Assembly (NCBI GenBank): GCA_973895155.1
Contig: OZ316894.1
Location: 248,001 to 312,000, forward strand
Source: Marsupella aquatica
Taxonomy: Eukaryota; Plantae; Marchantiophyta
DNA length: 64,000 bases
Reading direction: 5' to 3'
Part shown: one piece after another, positions 37,627 through 50,689 of the stretch
Position numbering within the stretch: the stretch's first letter is position 1
Layout: every line of letters starts with the position of its first letter
The notes under the pieces: model-generated
What the model saw: only the letters and a program-made list of their open reading frames with translations
Told to the model about the DNA's origin: nothing
Database searches by the model: none
Made by a program: the position numbers and the translations under genes

Positions 37627-39530
37627 GGGGAGCTTTTTCGACAGTCGAACTGTACAATACTCTGGTATGTTAAACATCATTTGCAAATTCTGGATTAAGT
37701 TTGAATTGAACGGGTATACTAACGATGTTAGGAAAAAGGAGAAATTTTACTGTTATTAGGAAAAAACTCCTGGTATAAGGAAAATTTGTGCAATTTTGGG
37801 GATAAATTGTCCTCATATGTTCACTTTGCAGCATTGTAATTAAGCCAGGATAACAAGAATATATCCTCGCTAGCAATATTAACATCTACTATTGTCGAAT
37901 GATTTAGTGTATCAATTACCGAGTACACTCTCATATTTTGTATGTTCTATAGGGAGACTTATTGTTAGCGAAGATCACCAACAATATTAGACCCCAACAT
38001 TGATCACTCCAAAAACTTTACACATTAACCATTCATGGACAATAAAATAGATTCAAAGATCAAAAAAACTTTCATAATAAGCCGGATATAATTCTTGGCT
38101 AGGCATGAAAATCAAATTTTCATGCAATACAACTTTTCCCTACATCTTCAAAATATACCTCACCTCAGACAAGCTAAAGGCTGGTTGGTTGATTTCTCCT
38201 CGAACACTAACATTGAAGCGATAACAAAAAACCCAATATAAATGTTTGCACGGAACATATGAAAGACCTCTTGTATGGCGATTGAAGAAATTGTCACAGG
38301 AGCATGATGGAAAACAGCAAACTTGGACCCAATATCTTTTTGGTATCCTTCCATCTGTTTCGTGTGTTGCAACAAACAATTGTTTTCCCCAACCATTTCC
38401 CAACTCGATGATGTTCTCTGTCAACACTCGCATCTGCTCCTCCTCTGATGATTTGATGCGTTTCAAATGCTCTGACGAAAGAGTGACCCTCATGCAAATT
38501 GACTTCCCATTTCGACTTCAAAATCAATGCAATGGGTCATTCATGTTTACCATCTCACGAAATGTACTCACATTAATTTGTAACTCCATAGGTGAAGGGG
38601 CACTCACCGATGGGGAGACATTTGTCACATGTTCTCTTCCAGAGGGATGAGTTTGTATGCCTAAATCCAAGGAAAGCCCTTTCTCAATGAGGAACGTAAT
38701 TTCCTCACTAGCAAGACTGGTCCCTAGCATAATAGGCAAAACATTAGGAATTGGTGGTAAGGAAACAATGGAACGTCGTGGCTTTCCTCGAAAACAAACA
38801 TTATTTGGACAGAACCAAGTAACTCGAGGTACGTTTGATCCAAAAATCCTATGTGTAGCAAAAACCGCAATAGCCATGCGGCCCCTTGGGTCCAAAAATG
38901 ATACTTTTTTCACACAATTTTGACATTCCTCTCGAGTTGCAGACCTACCAAGAAACCCACGGCACTTTGGGCCGACCCCTTTGGAAGACATTCTACCTAT
39001 ATACCAACTCCCTTGGGGAACTCTCACTTCATGGCATGTCAATGGAGCACTTGACTCGGCAACGGGCGGTGGGACTACAGGTGTAGGGGAAGGAGTAGGA
39101 GTTGAACAAGTAGCGACGCATCTGGGCGGAGTCCAAAGGACCTCAAACGATTCACTCTCAGACAAATTGACAACCTCTAGTATCGAAGCTCCCTCGGGCC
39201 GATCCATTGATGTTGGCGGCCCTCTCGTATAATTAGGACTAAACTCAATAGAGTTTAGATTTCGTCTCCTTGACGTAGTCTTAGCAAGGGATGTAAGAAG
39301 AACTGTGTCATGTCGATGAGAGTCTTGGTCAGAGATTTTGTCACTCGCAATTCCCTTCCTCTTTGTTGATTTTGTTTGCAAATCACCATTTAATGGCCCA
39401 GTCCATAGAAGATCAAACTTCCCATTAGCTTCCATCAAATAATTGGTTACTTTCTCATGAGCGGAAGCAGAACCAACCATATCTGCATGGCAAAATGCAA
39501 GCTCAAAAATTGTTGGCCCTGTACCTCTAC
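37627..39530 (-). mobile_element. 3' part of a more diverged Mutator-like element with transposase C-terminus (38140-39530, frameshifted)
   Basis: RGTGPTIFELAF, QDSHRHDTV, WFCPN, SWIM finger CSC...PCKHLYWV, all homologous to 59500-60882; possible terminus GGGGAGCTTTTTCGACAG at 37627. Confidence 0.75.
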
Positions 39531-42500
39531 CTGGGAAGCATTGCTTCGGCTTCCGGACGAGGTCTTCAATATCCCGGGTACGATCGACTTGCAGCGACAT
39601 CACTTCGACCACATCCCTGCTCAAGTTCGGGCTATCATCAACAGCGAGTCCAACACTACCCGTTCGACAAGGTCGTCTGCACTCGCTTCGGAGAACTTCT
39701 ACCAGCACCTACAGAGCTTCATAGGAACTCGGCCAGCAACCAACATGACCAACTCAGTTGTACCCGTACCCGTACCGGTACAACCTCAGGCTCAGCTTCA
39801 GCTTCAGCCTCAGCCGCAGCCTAGCCAAACCCCACCACCGATCGCCCAGCCAGCACAAGTACTCTCCAACATCAACGCTGTGGATCTTAGCGATGACGAC
39901 GAGGCTACCCTACCCTTGACCAGGCGGCCCAGAGGAACAAGCGCTCAGGGGGCCGATACTATATCGTCCCCACCCCCTGCTCTGACCCCAGGAGCGGCCC
40001 CGGCAGACAACATGGTGACCGTGGCCGATCCGGGCCCGTTACTAACAGCAGTAGCACTACCCAGGCCCGATTGGGAGGATGGGGAGGTGTCACCTTCCCC
40101 AAGCCAGTCACGGGGGAAGAAGAGGAAGGAATCCGCCACTGCATCCGGGTTACCATTGGCCACGGTAGCCGTGGCCAAGATGACAATGCACCGCATGGGG
40201 GAAAACGTTCACAAAAACATCCTCCATCCCAAGCATGCGGTGTACCTGAAGACTCAGGGATTCGAGCACCTCGCCTCCCTCCCCTGGAACACTTGCAGGT
40301 ACTACGGGGAGGACATGACGGAGTTCGTCAGGAATTATGACGACGCGCGTCAACATACTCGGCTACGGGGAAGGAGTATGTCCCTCACGGAAGAACGGCT
40401 CAGGATGATCTTTGGGTTACCTGAAGGTGATCATCGAGTCGAATCACGGGCTCCCGGGGGCAAGGGAGCCAAGTACCAATCTTCAAGTTTTCCCTCAGAG
40501 GGAGCAGTGGACAACGGGTTCGTGATGAAAACCTGCCTCATCCCCGAGATAGCTGAGTGACTGGAGTTCCAGAGGTACGCCCTCCACATGATGGAACCCC
40601 GGGGGGAGATCTCCGCCGCCCAGGTTATCCAGGTCGAGAACTATCGACCTAGGAGGTGGGCGTCATACTTCGCTAAGAAATTCCATGAAGAAATGGAGCG
40701 GCGAAGGAAGACGCTGTACATTGGCGGGAAGGCGTATTTGGCTAGCCACATCGAGATCATTCTTGAGTGGTACGCCCGGTTTGATCGACGAACCCTTCCC
40801 CGTGTCAACGTTACAAAGCTGGTCCCAGCTAGGTGGGTTTTCCCGGCCTTGGAGAGACGGCCCCAGCCCGAGGCCCGAAGTCCAGCGGACACGCTAGCTT
40901 CACCCACCCCACCTCCACAAGTAGTTGTAGTCGTAACCGAGGAGGTACCGGATGGGTCGGGTGTCGCAACCGTTGATGCGACCCAACAAGCCGGGCTAAG
41001 TACAGAAGTCGGTACGGCGGAGGTCTTACCCGAGCCCGGTTCTCCCAAAGACCCACCGGTGGCTATTCCGGAGAACCGGACATTGCTACAGGAGGACGCT
41101 CCAGCCCCTTCCAACGTTACGTCCCCAGGGCTGGACGTCACTGCCCCGGCCCCCGCGCGTGTGGACGTCTGCCCGTGCCCAACTCCGGACAGGCACAACC
41201 TGGATCACCCGGAACTCTTCGTACCGGGTACATTTCTGAACGGGCTTCTGGGAGATTTCTCTCATCAAATTGCCCGGGATACCGGGGAGTTCATGGCCCG
41301 GAAGGTAGCCTGTTTCTTCAATCAGGAGTTGGTTGCCGCAGTAAAGGCAGGTTGGGCCCAATCAGAGGCCCTTCAGAGGATAGAACGGTACCGGGTGGAG
41401 TCCGTGTACCTAAAGAATGAAGTTGCGGCTCAAGAGGCTGAGCTTCGGCAACTACGACCCAAGGTTGCAGCCACCGATGAGTTGTTAGCAAAGGCGCACG
41501 CTCTTACCGCCCTAGCCGAACAGGCCAAAGCTAGGAACGAAGCCGAGATTACACGACTCCGGAACCAGATTGACAGTTTGAAGAATCAAACTGTCACCTG
41601 GCAGAGAGACCTGGAGGAGGCCGAGGAACGGGCCCAGCGGGACACGGCGGAGATAGCCACGCTGCAGGCCGAGGTGGCGCGTCTCCAAACCGAGGCCGAG
41701 AAGCAGGACCAGCTGGCGGGTAAACTGACAAGTGACGCCCAGCAGCTGGAGGAGGCTTGTCAGGAGGCAGCAGAGGAGACGGACGCGGCGAGGCGAGAGA
41801 ACGAATCTCTGCTGGACCAGGTCCAGCTCCTCAAGGCGGACAATGACAGGCTTCGAAGGCAGCGGGATGGCCGCTCCCATTCAGGTGGCTCTGGCAAGCG
41901 TGCCAGGCATTAGCAGCGGAGTAGGAATAGAGTAGGATTAGGACTAGCTTAGTCAGGCTCTTGGGACAGGCACCTGCCTTAGGTACAGCATCGCTGCCGT
42001 GCTGTCCAGCCTGCATAGATTAGGATCTTCTAATAAGACACAGCCGTTTCCGGCCTGACTGTCAGCTTAGTTAGGACCGTGGTCAGTGAATCTTCGGCGA
42101 GAGGACACCCCATTCCTCGGCCCTTAGTATTTAGTGCACCCCTCGGTAGAGAGAGGGGGGGGAGTTTTAGTTGCAAAGTTGGGCGTCCGCGGTATGTGCG
42201 GGGAGTCCCGACCTCTGGGAATGAAAGAGTACCAAGGGGAGGGGGTAGGACTAAGCTTGCCGGGCGAGTGCGGAGCCGGGCTCCGTTATAGTGTGCGCCC
42301 TCGGCCTTGAACCTGTTCATTCCGGGGTTGTCGGGTCAACTAAGTGTACGCATATGTTCCCTTTGTAGTAAAATCCTTTCCCATCATTTTCCTTCGTGTA
42401 AATCGAGATTGTATGCATGTGCGCATGTATGTGTGTGGGTTTCTCGTATATGGGTGGCAGCGCCAGGCCGAACGCACTACCCAAGACTTGCACAGGGTGC

Positions 42501-42811
42501 AGCCTGCTGGTAAGTGGTTGCGAGCACGGGTTGAGGACCTGTATCATCGAATCTGGATCGAAGGCGGACAGCACGAAGGCTTAGAAGCCCTTAAGCCGGG
42601 GTCGATCCTGCTATTGACTAAGGTACGTTCCGGCGGCAGAACACAAACCATACCTAGGAGGTGTCCGTATTTAGCAGTATGCGCACTTAGCGCTAGTTTA
42701 CGAGAATAAGGTGCATTACGTGCTTCCCTTCCTGCCCGAACCCTCAGATTTACGAGGGATGTGCCCGTCTAAGCTGAAGTCTGAGTTAAGGCCGCAGCCG
42801 ATGACGTGACA
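39531..42811 (+). mobile_element. Family B ORF-bearing LTR-like unit, 5' truncated
   Basis: Long ORF, then ~900 bp non-coding ending GACGTGACA; abuts the MULE transposase on the left and a family A LTR piece on the right. Confidence 0.75.
39532..41913 (+). pseudogene. Family B homolog of the LTR-encoded protein (one in-frame TGA at 40558-40560)
   Basis: GFEHLASLPW..EFVRNYD..TRLRGRSMSLT..IFGLP..NGFVMKTC..PRGEISAAQV aligns to GLEAFVRLPW..EFVGSWE..TRIYGKDFYLT..VFGLP..NGFFRNTC..PRAEIGKAQV; C-terminal coiled coil. Confidence 0.8.
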
Positions 42812-44292
42812 GCAAGCCGACAACCAAACGGAGCGGCTGAAGAAACAGGCCGTAGTATTTAAGTGCTTGGCTTCATCAGGCCCAACTCCAATTGGGGCAA
42901 CCAAGTTACCAGGAGTAGTACTGGCCGAAGGACAAGCCGCGCCACTCGCACCGGTGCCGGAAGAAAGGGGCAAGGGGAAGGGGCCAGCTGCCGAACCAGG
43001 GAAGAAGAAGAAACGAAAGCCTTATGGGTCAAGGAGTAATACGGCTCCTCAAGCCGTCGTGACCAAGGAGGTAAACCCGGCACCGACCTCAGGAAGGGTC
43101 ACGGCAAAGGATCCAACTGCCCTAGAAGGCGGGGATGGCAAAGCCGAGGCCAAGATACTCGATGATGAAGCCGGGGTACCGGATCCACCACTAGAGCATG
43201 CCGGGGAGGCCGTACCCGTATCAGAGGCCGTGGCCGATGCTGAGGCCGAAGTCGAGGGTGGACCCAATAAGGCCAATGGAGAGTTGGCTCGATCTGGAGC
43301 AGATAATCTATCAGAGGATGGGCCTACGGTAGTGGCTGCGGAGGAAGTGTTGGGGGCGTCCATTAAGGATCAGCCACCGCTACCATGACGATGGTGGGGG
43401 GCCGCTCCTTTTAAGGAGGGCGGACGTGGAGGGAGGAGGTGTGAGTGGGCAGGGCGGGCTCAGATCTCCAAGTTTAGAATTAGGATCAGGACCGGGAGGC
43501 GGCCCTGACATCTAGCTTAGTGGGATTGCGGATCCATTGGTAAGAGCAACACTTGTGCTCCTGCCTCGCTGTACATAGGTAGACTACAGTTAGGATAGAT
43601 TAGGCTTACGCTGCAAGGAATTGGGCGGATCCACTGCCAGGATAAGTATCTGTGTAGAGGGGAGTTCAGGGCCTTCTTCCTTAGCAAGTTTTTAGTGCAC
43701 CAGCATGGCTGGGATCAAGTAGTTGAGAAAGCTCTCGATTAGTTATACTATGACCCTTGTGTATATTCATGTTTCCTCATGCCTAAGAGATGAATAGAGT
43801 TGGCCTCACAACTTAGTTCGCAGATCTTGTGTATGAGAAGTACTGTTTGTATGGCAAGTGCATGGTATAACTCAGTCAAAAGGAGTCATTTTGCTATTTG
43901 TGTGTCGCATTAACTTGTTTGAAGATTGCCCACATCAACCAAGAAGGGAGTAAGCAAGGTAGTAAGAGTTGGATGTGTTGAGCTGAGAGAGGTCTTAGCG
44001 GCTTACCCAAGCCAGTTGGGGATCATTCCGGCGGCGAAATCCAAACATACCTAAAGGAAACCAAGAGAGGAGGACAAGGGAAGGCCTAGAATAGGCCGGC
44101 TACGTATCTCATGACCCGATGAAGGATCTGTCTAGTATATGTTAGTAAAATGTTAATAGTAATAGTAGTCATGAGGTTAGCAGCGTCCCATGCCGCTAAG
44201 CCGCGGAATTGGCCTCGCCAAGAGCGAAGCCTACGGGAATCGGCATGTGCAGGGGGGTTTCTTGGGTTTAGGGAGCCATGGGACGCACCACA
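42812..44292 (+). mobile_element. 3' fragment of a family A LTR
   Basis: Starts within ADNQTERL of the LTR ORF; ends GGACGCACCACA. Confidence 0.9.
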
Positions 44293-45862
44293 AGTGCCGA
44301 GCGCTCTTAAATATAACACTCGCAAGATTCAAAGAAGGAACCGGAAAAGAACGAGAACTTACTGATTCACGATGTGCATAGCTGCCTCAATTTCAATAAG
44401 AGATCCCTTGTCTCCCTTAAATATTGTGCAGAGCACTCGAGGATGGTATTTTGGATTGTCCGGGTTCTCCTCGGTAACAAGCGTCCATGAGTACAGCCTA
44501 TGATTTCCATCAAAGACAGAGAACATCTTATCCTTCAATACAAGAAAATCTGGGTCGGCCTCGCATTCAGCCTCAAACTTCTCGTTCTCCAATTGCCAAA
44601 TTGGATCCCATGACTCACGAATCTCCTGGGTACAGGTCAGAACAATTCCATTCTCATCCGTTGGCTGCACATAGAAACACATTCCTATGGATGAATTATA
44701 ACCCATACTGCAAAATGAGTCTTTCAGCTTCTCGATGGAAGAGCTGTCTTTCTGCAAAGTACGAACCACCTCCATGTGAACCAATCAGCATAGAGGGATT
44801 CGAGGCGGCTCCTTGTCAAATCCACGAGAATCCTTTCCAAAACACATGACATGTTTTGAGATGAGATCAGTCTCCACGAGTGCGCAGTCCAAAACATCCT
44901 AGATCACAATCGTGTCGAGGTTCTCCATCTTTCTACGCAGAGATTTAGGAACCAAACAACGCTAACAGAAGTAGGAGGCAACAATTTTGTGGAACGAGTT
45001 ACACGACGTGTATAAACTGAACTAGTAAACGAAGACTACGAGGATTCAGAATAAGCTCGCTCCTGGTCAGGAACTGCACTAACCCTCTGGATGAAGAGGG
45101 GAATACCTCCATCGTCTTCCTTCCAAAAGCGTATGAACTATTGTACAATGAAATTATGGAACTCTAATCAACTCTCAACGTGTAATATATTCTAGAAGGA
45201 GGGTGGAGTTCAGCGGAACTCTTCGATTAAAGCGAGAAGCTCGTAAGTTTGGCGGATTCCAACGTATGTATGCAGAGAACTTAATTAGCTAAATCAAGCG
45301 GTAGAAGAAGTGTAACACACACGGAACTCATAAGTTACTGTTAAATGTTACCGTTATGACCGTTTTCCTCCCTCACTTGGAATACTAGCGTCGGGCACTA
45401 TTATAAACACCGTCCCTTGAAGTAGATAATTGGGATGATTGTCATGGCAGTGCCCGGCGCTAGTAAAAACAACAGCTATAAAATAGGTCTACAATGGTGG
45501 CTCTAGTACATAAATTTCATCAAAACAACCCCCATATTTAAGGAAATGTCTATTGTTTTAATGGTTTTTGGGAAACATTACTTGCATCCTATACTAGCGC
45601 CCGACGCTAGTGAAAACTAGAATTTTTCATCCATAGTTCTAAAAGAGTTCACATTTTCATTGACCATTTAAATCCAATTACCTCATAGTATTGATGTATA
45701 CTGGAGAGTTTTTTCTATACTAGCGCCAGGCGCTAGTATGGAATATCGAGATTTGGGGCACATTATGTTTGAGGTATTTTAGTTAGCGCCATGCGCTACT
45801 CAAATTGTTCCAACTATACAATATCTTAGGGTCTGTTAAAGATTTTTGTGGTGTCTTTTTTG
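44293..45862. mobile_element. Mutator-like copy (outer): ParB exon and left half of the divergent promoter; interrupted by the complete copy
   Basis: Close nucleotide match to 55373-56936; FDGNHR in ORF 44359-44784; continues at 61553. Confidence 0.88.
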
Positions 45863-46265
45863 GGGAATTTACAAACGATAGCAAACAGATAATAGTAACA
45901 GCAAACTGCCATATATAATTGCAAAGTGCATAACGCGTTCGGCGCAGGTCCAACAAACGCCCATATAAGTTACAACCTGCAGGCCTAGAAATCTGATATA
46001 CAGAAGCCACGGTCGACCCCGGCTGAGGATTTCCAGTAAAACAAAAGTAGCGCTGGGCGCTAGCCAAGAACTGCAGGAAAAACTATGGAATTCCTGAAGA
46101 CAACATCTGGGAAAAGTCCTAACAACTAAGCCGAGGGCGACTCCATCCCAAAACATCAAAAGAGCTTAAGCAGCGCTCGGTGCTAGCTTAAAGTGATCAC
46201 CAAACTGAACAATGCGATGCCGTTCTTCGTGAAAAACCGGAGGAACAAGCAATAAGTGATTGCAT

Positions 46266-46727
46266 CTAGCTTTCAGAGTCGCAATCATCCTCCAATCCTG
46301 CCGCTTCTCTCCTCCAATTTTTCTTGAAACCAAGACCACGCAATCAAATGTATCTCTCAGAAGGACCCCGACGCACTGCCCTCGTATAACCTTCATTGGG
46401 AATGTTATTGTCCTTAAAGTCAACTCGCCCAAACATTTCTTGAACTCTCCTATCAATTGGCAGTACACCATCAACAGGAACAGCCTGATGAGACAAGAAC
46501 GTGCTTGCAAATGGGAGCAGAGGAGAATCGACAATCCATGGGATGTTGTTTTCTCCAGGACTAATAGCCTCATCATACGGTAGAGCGTGACGGTTCCGGA
46601 AAGTAGAGGTTTTAGTTTCCTCAGTCTCCATCTGTGACTCAAAAAAACTGAAATGGCTCTCTTCTGGACGCACACGAGAAGGGAGGAACGTTGCCTCCCA
46701 ATCCATGAGCTCACCGTTTCTCACCAT
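46266..46727 (-). pseudogene. Transposon ORF3 (premature TGA at 46344-46346)
   Basis: Homologous to 3646-4116, including GLEDDC beyond the stop. Confidence 0.65.
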
Positions 46728-49700
46728 GTTTAATGAATCCAATCTAGTGGCAACTTTCCCTTTGAAAAAATGCGAAAACTGTTTGCAAAAGGCCCGCAAA
46801 GGTTTGAAAATGGTCGTGGGTCCGAAAGATCTCGTCTGGGAGGAATGTCTCCCTCGAAACACCCGAAATGTATCTCCAAAAAAGGGGCCGCAATCGGGTG
46901 TCTGTCCCAAAATAGTCGCCTGTCCAAAAACTTGTGGTCCGCGACAAGTGTCGTCCTTGAAAACCGTCATCAAAAAGAGATCCTAAAATATCGTCCGAGA
47001 GAGATGCCGCCAACAAGAGATCCTAAAATGTCGTGCAAAAAAGTTGTCAACAAGAGATCCGAATGTCATCCAAGAGATCCGAAAATGTCGTCCAAATATA
47101 GCCGATGTGGGTATCTTTGGAAAACTAATGGACCTAAATGAAATGGCCGTTGGTATCCGAAACGTCTATTATACTATGTATTTACTACTATTTGTCTAAT
47201 TATGATGACCGTTGGTAGGACACGACAAAGACCAAACGGCCGTGTTACACAAAGAAGAGCTGGAAATATTTACTTTACGAATCACCATTTGGCGAGCGCC
47301 TAGCGCTTCTAAAAACACAAGGAATCAGACATTAATTTAGAAGGAGTCAATGAGAGGATTTGAATACAAGTTGGTACTACGCCAGGCGCTGGTAAAAAAT
47401 TACTCCCTAAACTCCTCAATACGTGTCACAATTCTGCAGATTCTGATTCGGAACCAGAATCTGAACTCTCGGATTTGTCCGTGGACACAACCTCATCATC
47501 TATGTACTGGCTGCGGGAGAAGTCATCAACAGAAGGATGTTTCATGAACATCCTATCAACACCCCTTCTTAACCGAAGACCTTTGTTTTCCCAGCAAAGC
47601 GTCCTTGTACTCTCGGCTTTCCTTGCGGCTTTCTCTGCATAGGAGGGAAGAACAAAAGGTTTTTCTGGTGTTTCTATGTTGTGTCTAGCAACCCTCCTTC
47701 ACAGTTTGAAACGTCTCCTTGCATTCCACTCTGACCTGATCAAACAAAATCCAGCAAGTTAGGAGCCTCGGTTTCATCAGGAGATCATCACTCTCGGTTT
47801 CATCAGGAGATCGACGAGGTTCTTCCTTTTCCTCCTCCGAGTCCCTTGTACCTTGTTCATCTCCATCTCCACTTTCACTGGACTCATCACCAGAATCAAA
47901 ATTGAGTACCGACCGAAGCTTATCTCGCTTCTTTCTGTCGGCAATAGGAACAGGTGGAGGTAAAACCACAATCTCTTTGGGAGACAACAAATCCATGAAA
48001 ACCTTTGAAGTGGTTTCAATAAATTCTTTTCTATGTTCTATCCCGAGCACAAACCTCCCGGAGAAGTCTCCAGCAATGAAGGAGCTTCCAGCCCCAACGG
48101 TCCAATCCATAAAAATATCACGAGGTTGGGTGACAAGCTCTATGACAGATTGCATAAAACCAACAGACAGGCGAGCATTTCCAAAAAATTCCATTTGCGG
48201 GAATGGATCGGATTTGAGAGAAGGGAGTCCGATCAAATTGGTGACCGAGGGGTCCTCACTAATGGAGAGTGGACGGAATTTAGGGTCTTTGGGAATTTTG
48301 CATTTCCCATTAATTCGACCAAATATGTCCAGCCTGAGGGTAAACATCTGCGGAAAGCAATCCCAAGTGTCAGTTGGCAACTCCAAGTTAAACGAGTTAT
48401 ATTTCAAAATGCGACATTGTTAAGAGTACATAATTACCTGACGGTCTGTCTTTGCAGCGTACATCGCGACAGACATTACAACATTATGCGTGCATGCATA
48501 CTGAAATTTTCTCGATTCCTGACAGGCAGCAATGACTTGAGACATGGGATTGTACTCCCCATTGTGTAGAATTGCTAGGAATCCATCATTTGATAGAAAT
48601 GGATCCATGGACTTGAAAAAAGATCTAGCCATGGAGTGATCTGGAGTGTTCCATTTAGGAACCTTCTTATCTATGATTGTTGGTTTGAACCCGGTCGGTA
48701 GGTAAATGAAACCGGCATCCACTCCAAACGATCTTTCTTTTCCTCCCCGCACAACACCCTTCTCTTTATATCTCGACTTAACGAGATCCTTCCCCCACTG
48801 CTCCACATTACTAACCCAATCAGGTTTTTCCCCCTTGTTGAAAGTCGAGTCAAAAAATTTGGATATGCTTGTCTCAACCATGGCATGATGAGACACTCTA
48901 GTTTTGAAGTTTCCAACTTCACGTTGGACACCAGATGCTGCAACACTCTCCCTTGTAGAAAGTCCACCTTCAATAGCTCGCTTTCGTTTCTTCCTAGTAC
49001 TTGTGGCGTCAACCGGAACTATTACTTTCCCCTTGTCGACAGGAGTAATGGGGTCCAATTGGGCTCCGGTGTTTGCCTCAGAAACTTCAGGTGTAGCATC
49101 TCCAAATTATATCCCGTTCCTTTAGTATCTCCTGTTCCCGCTGTATTAGACTTCCTCCCTCCTAAATTATCAATAGGTCCTAGTTAGAACAAGTAAATCC
49201 GGAGTATTGAAACAAGCTAGCGCCAGGCGCTAACCAAATGAAAATCACTTAGGTCTCAACAAAGGCCTAAGAATCTAGAAAGAAATGTGAATTCGAATGA
49301 CAGTTCTAGCCAGCACTAGGCGCTGGCCAAACCACGGAACATTATACTCACTTTTCCTCCCAGATTTCGTTGACTCACTTGGTGCTGCTAACTCCGCTTT
49401 TGCTTTCGCTCGAGGTTTTTGACTTCGGTCCACATGAACAATAGTCATTTCACAAATACTTGGCAAGTCTGTTGCAGACTTGTCTACATCGTCTATCAGG
49501 CCCTGCTTCATGTCGGACACAATTTTTGCTGGTATGTGGGACTTTGAAAGCTTGTGGAATGCATCTTTCTCCTTTTGATCAAAAGGAGAATCCCATCTAT
49601 CTGTATCTAGATACCATGGGCAGTGAGTTCTCTCCCATTCTGTCATAGGTCTCGGAGGAAATATGCCCTCCGCTGGGTACATGGAGTACAAATCAGCTAT

Positions 49701-50689
49701 AGCGTCATCCTCACTTATTGTAATCCACTTCATGAAAGTTGCAGGATATGCCCAAAAGTAATCAGGTTTGGTTACCTCCATGTGCATGTAGAACCTGTAA
49801 AGATACCTTTTAGCCCGCTTCTGGTTTTTTTGGGTGTAGTCTTCTTTGTCTGGATACTTTGAAGGCCACATCGTGTGAAAGAACTTACTCTTCACAGAAT
49901 CACCATATCTCTTGAATTCATTTGTAACAAACTGAACGAGATCATCAAACGAACCACAATTCCACTCTTCTAATCTAGTCGCGGGCATCGTCTGCTCTAC
50001 TTCACGCAGACATGAATGTAACATGCCGACAACAATTCCCTCTACACTATTCCAAGTGATCCAAGTATGACACCATTGTTTGACTGGGTCGTCGTTAACA
50101 CTTGCCGGGTGGAAAAACTGTCTCCGCAGCTCAGGATTGCAATGTGCCACAAGTAGGGTGCTTCGCAACTTTGGGTCTAGGGCAGAAACAACAGTGAACA
50201 ATCGGGCGCGGTCCATTGTACATACGACGGCGTCAGGCTTCTTCTCTCTCTTGTTTCTCTCTGTGACAACATACATTTCTGCACATGTACTAAGAAAATC
50301 TTCAAATTCAGGACTTAACAAGGGCGTAATTTTTGAGGACTTCACTGCCCAGTCTTTGGTTGCGTCCCTCATCATGGCCGCATGGCGTTTGGAAATCTCG
50401 TCCACCGACCAGGGACTCCCTTGAGCCTTGGCTGCCTCCATATCAAGCTTGAATTGGTGAGAATATGACTTTATCTTATTCTCACATAGAATGTAAACAA
50501 GAGCTTCCTGTGACATCTTCTTCGTATACCATGACCCCTTCCGAGTCTTTAGCCGAATGCTCTCAATCTTCTTGAAATTAGCTGGATCAATCAGTTTACT
50601 GTAATACTCAAGGTCATGCGCCAGAATTTGTTTGATTCTATCTGCATCGAGAATCCAGGATGGCTCAACAACGGCTTGGCCAAGCCTAC

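Noticed and set aside
38524-39708. 394-aa ORF as a single gene
   Set aside because: Chimeric: the first ~60 codons are antisense family B DNA fused at ~39530 to the transposase remnant
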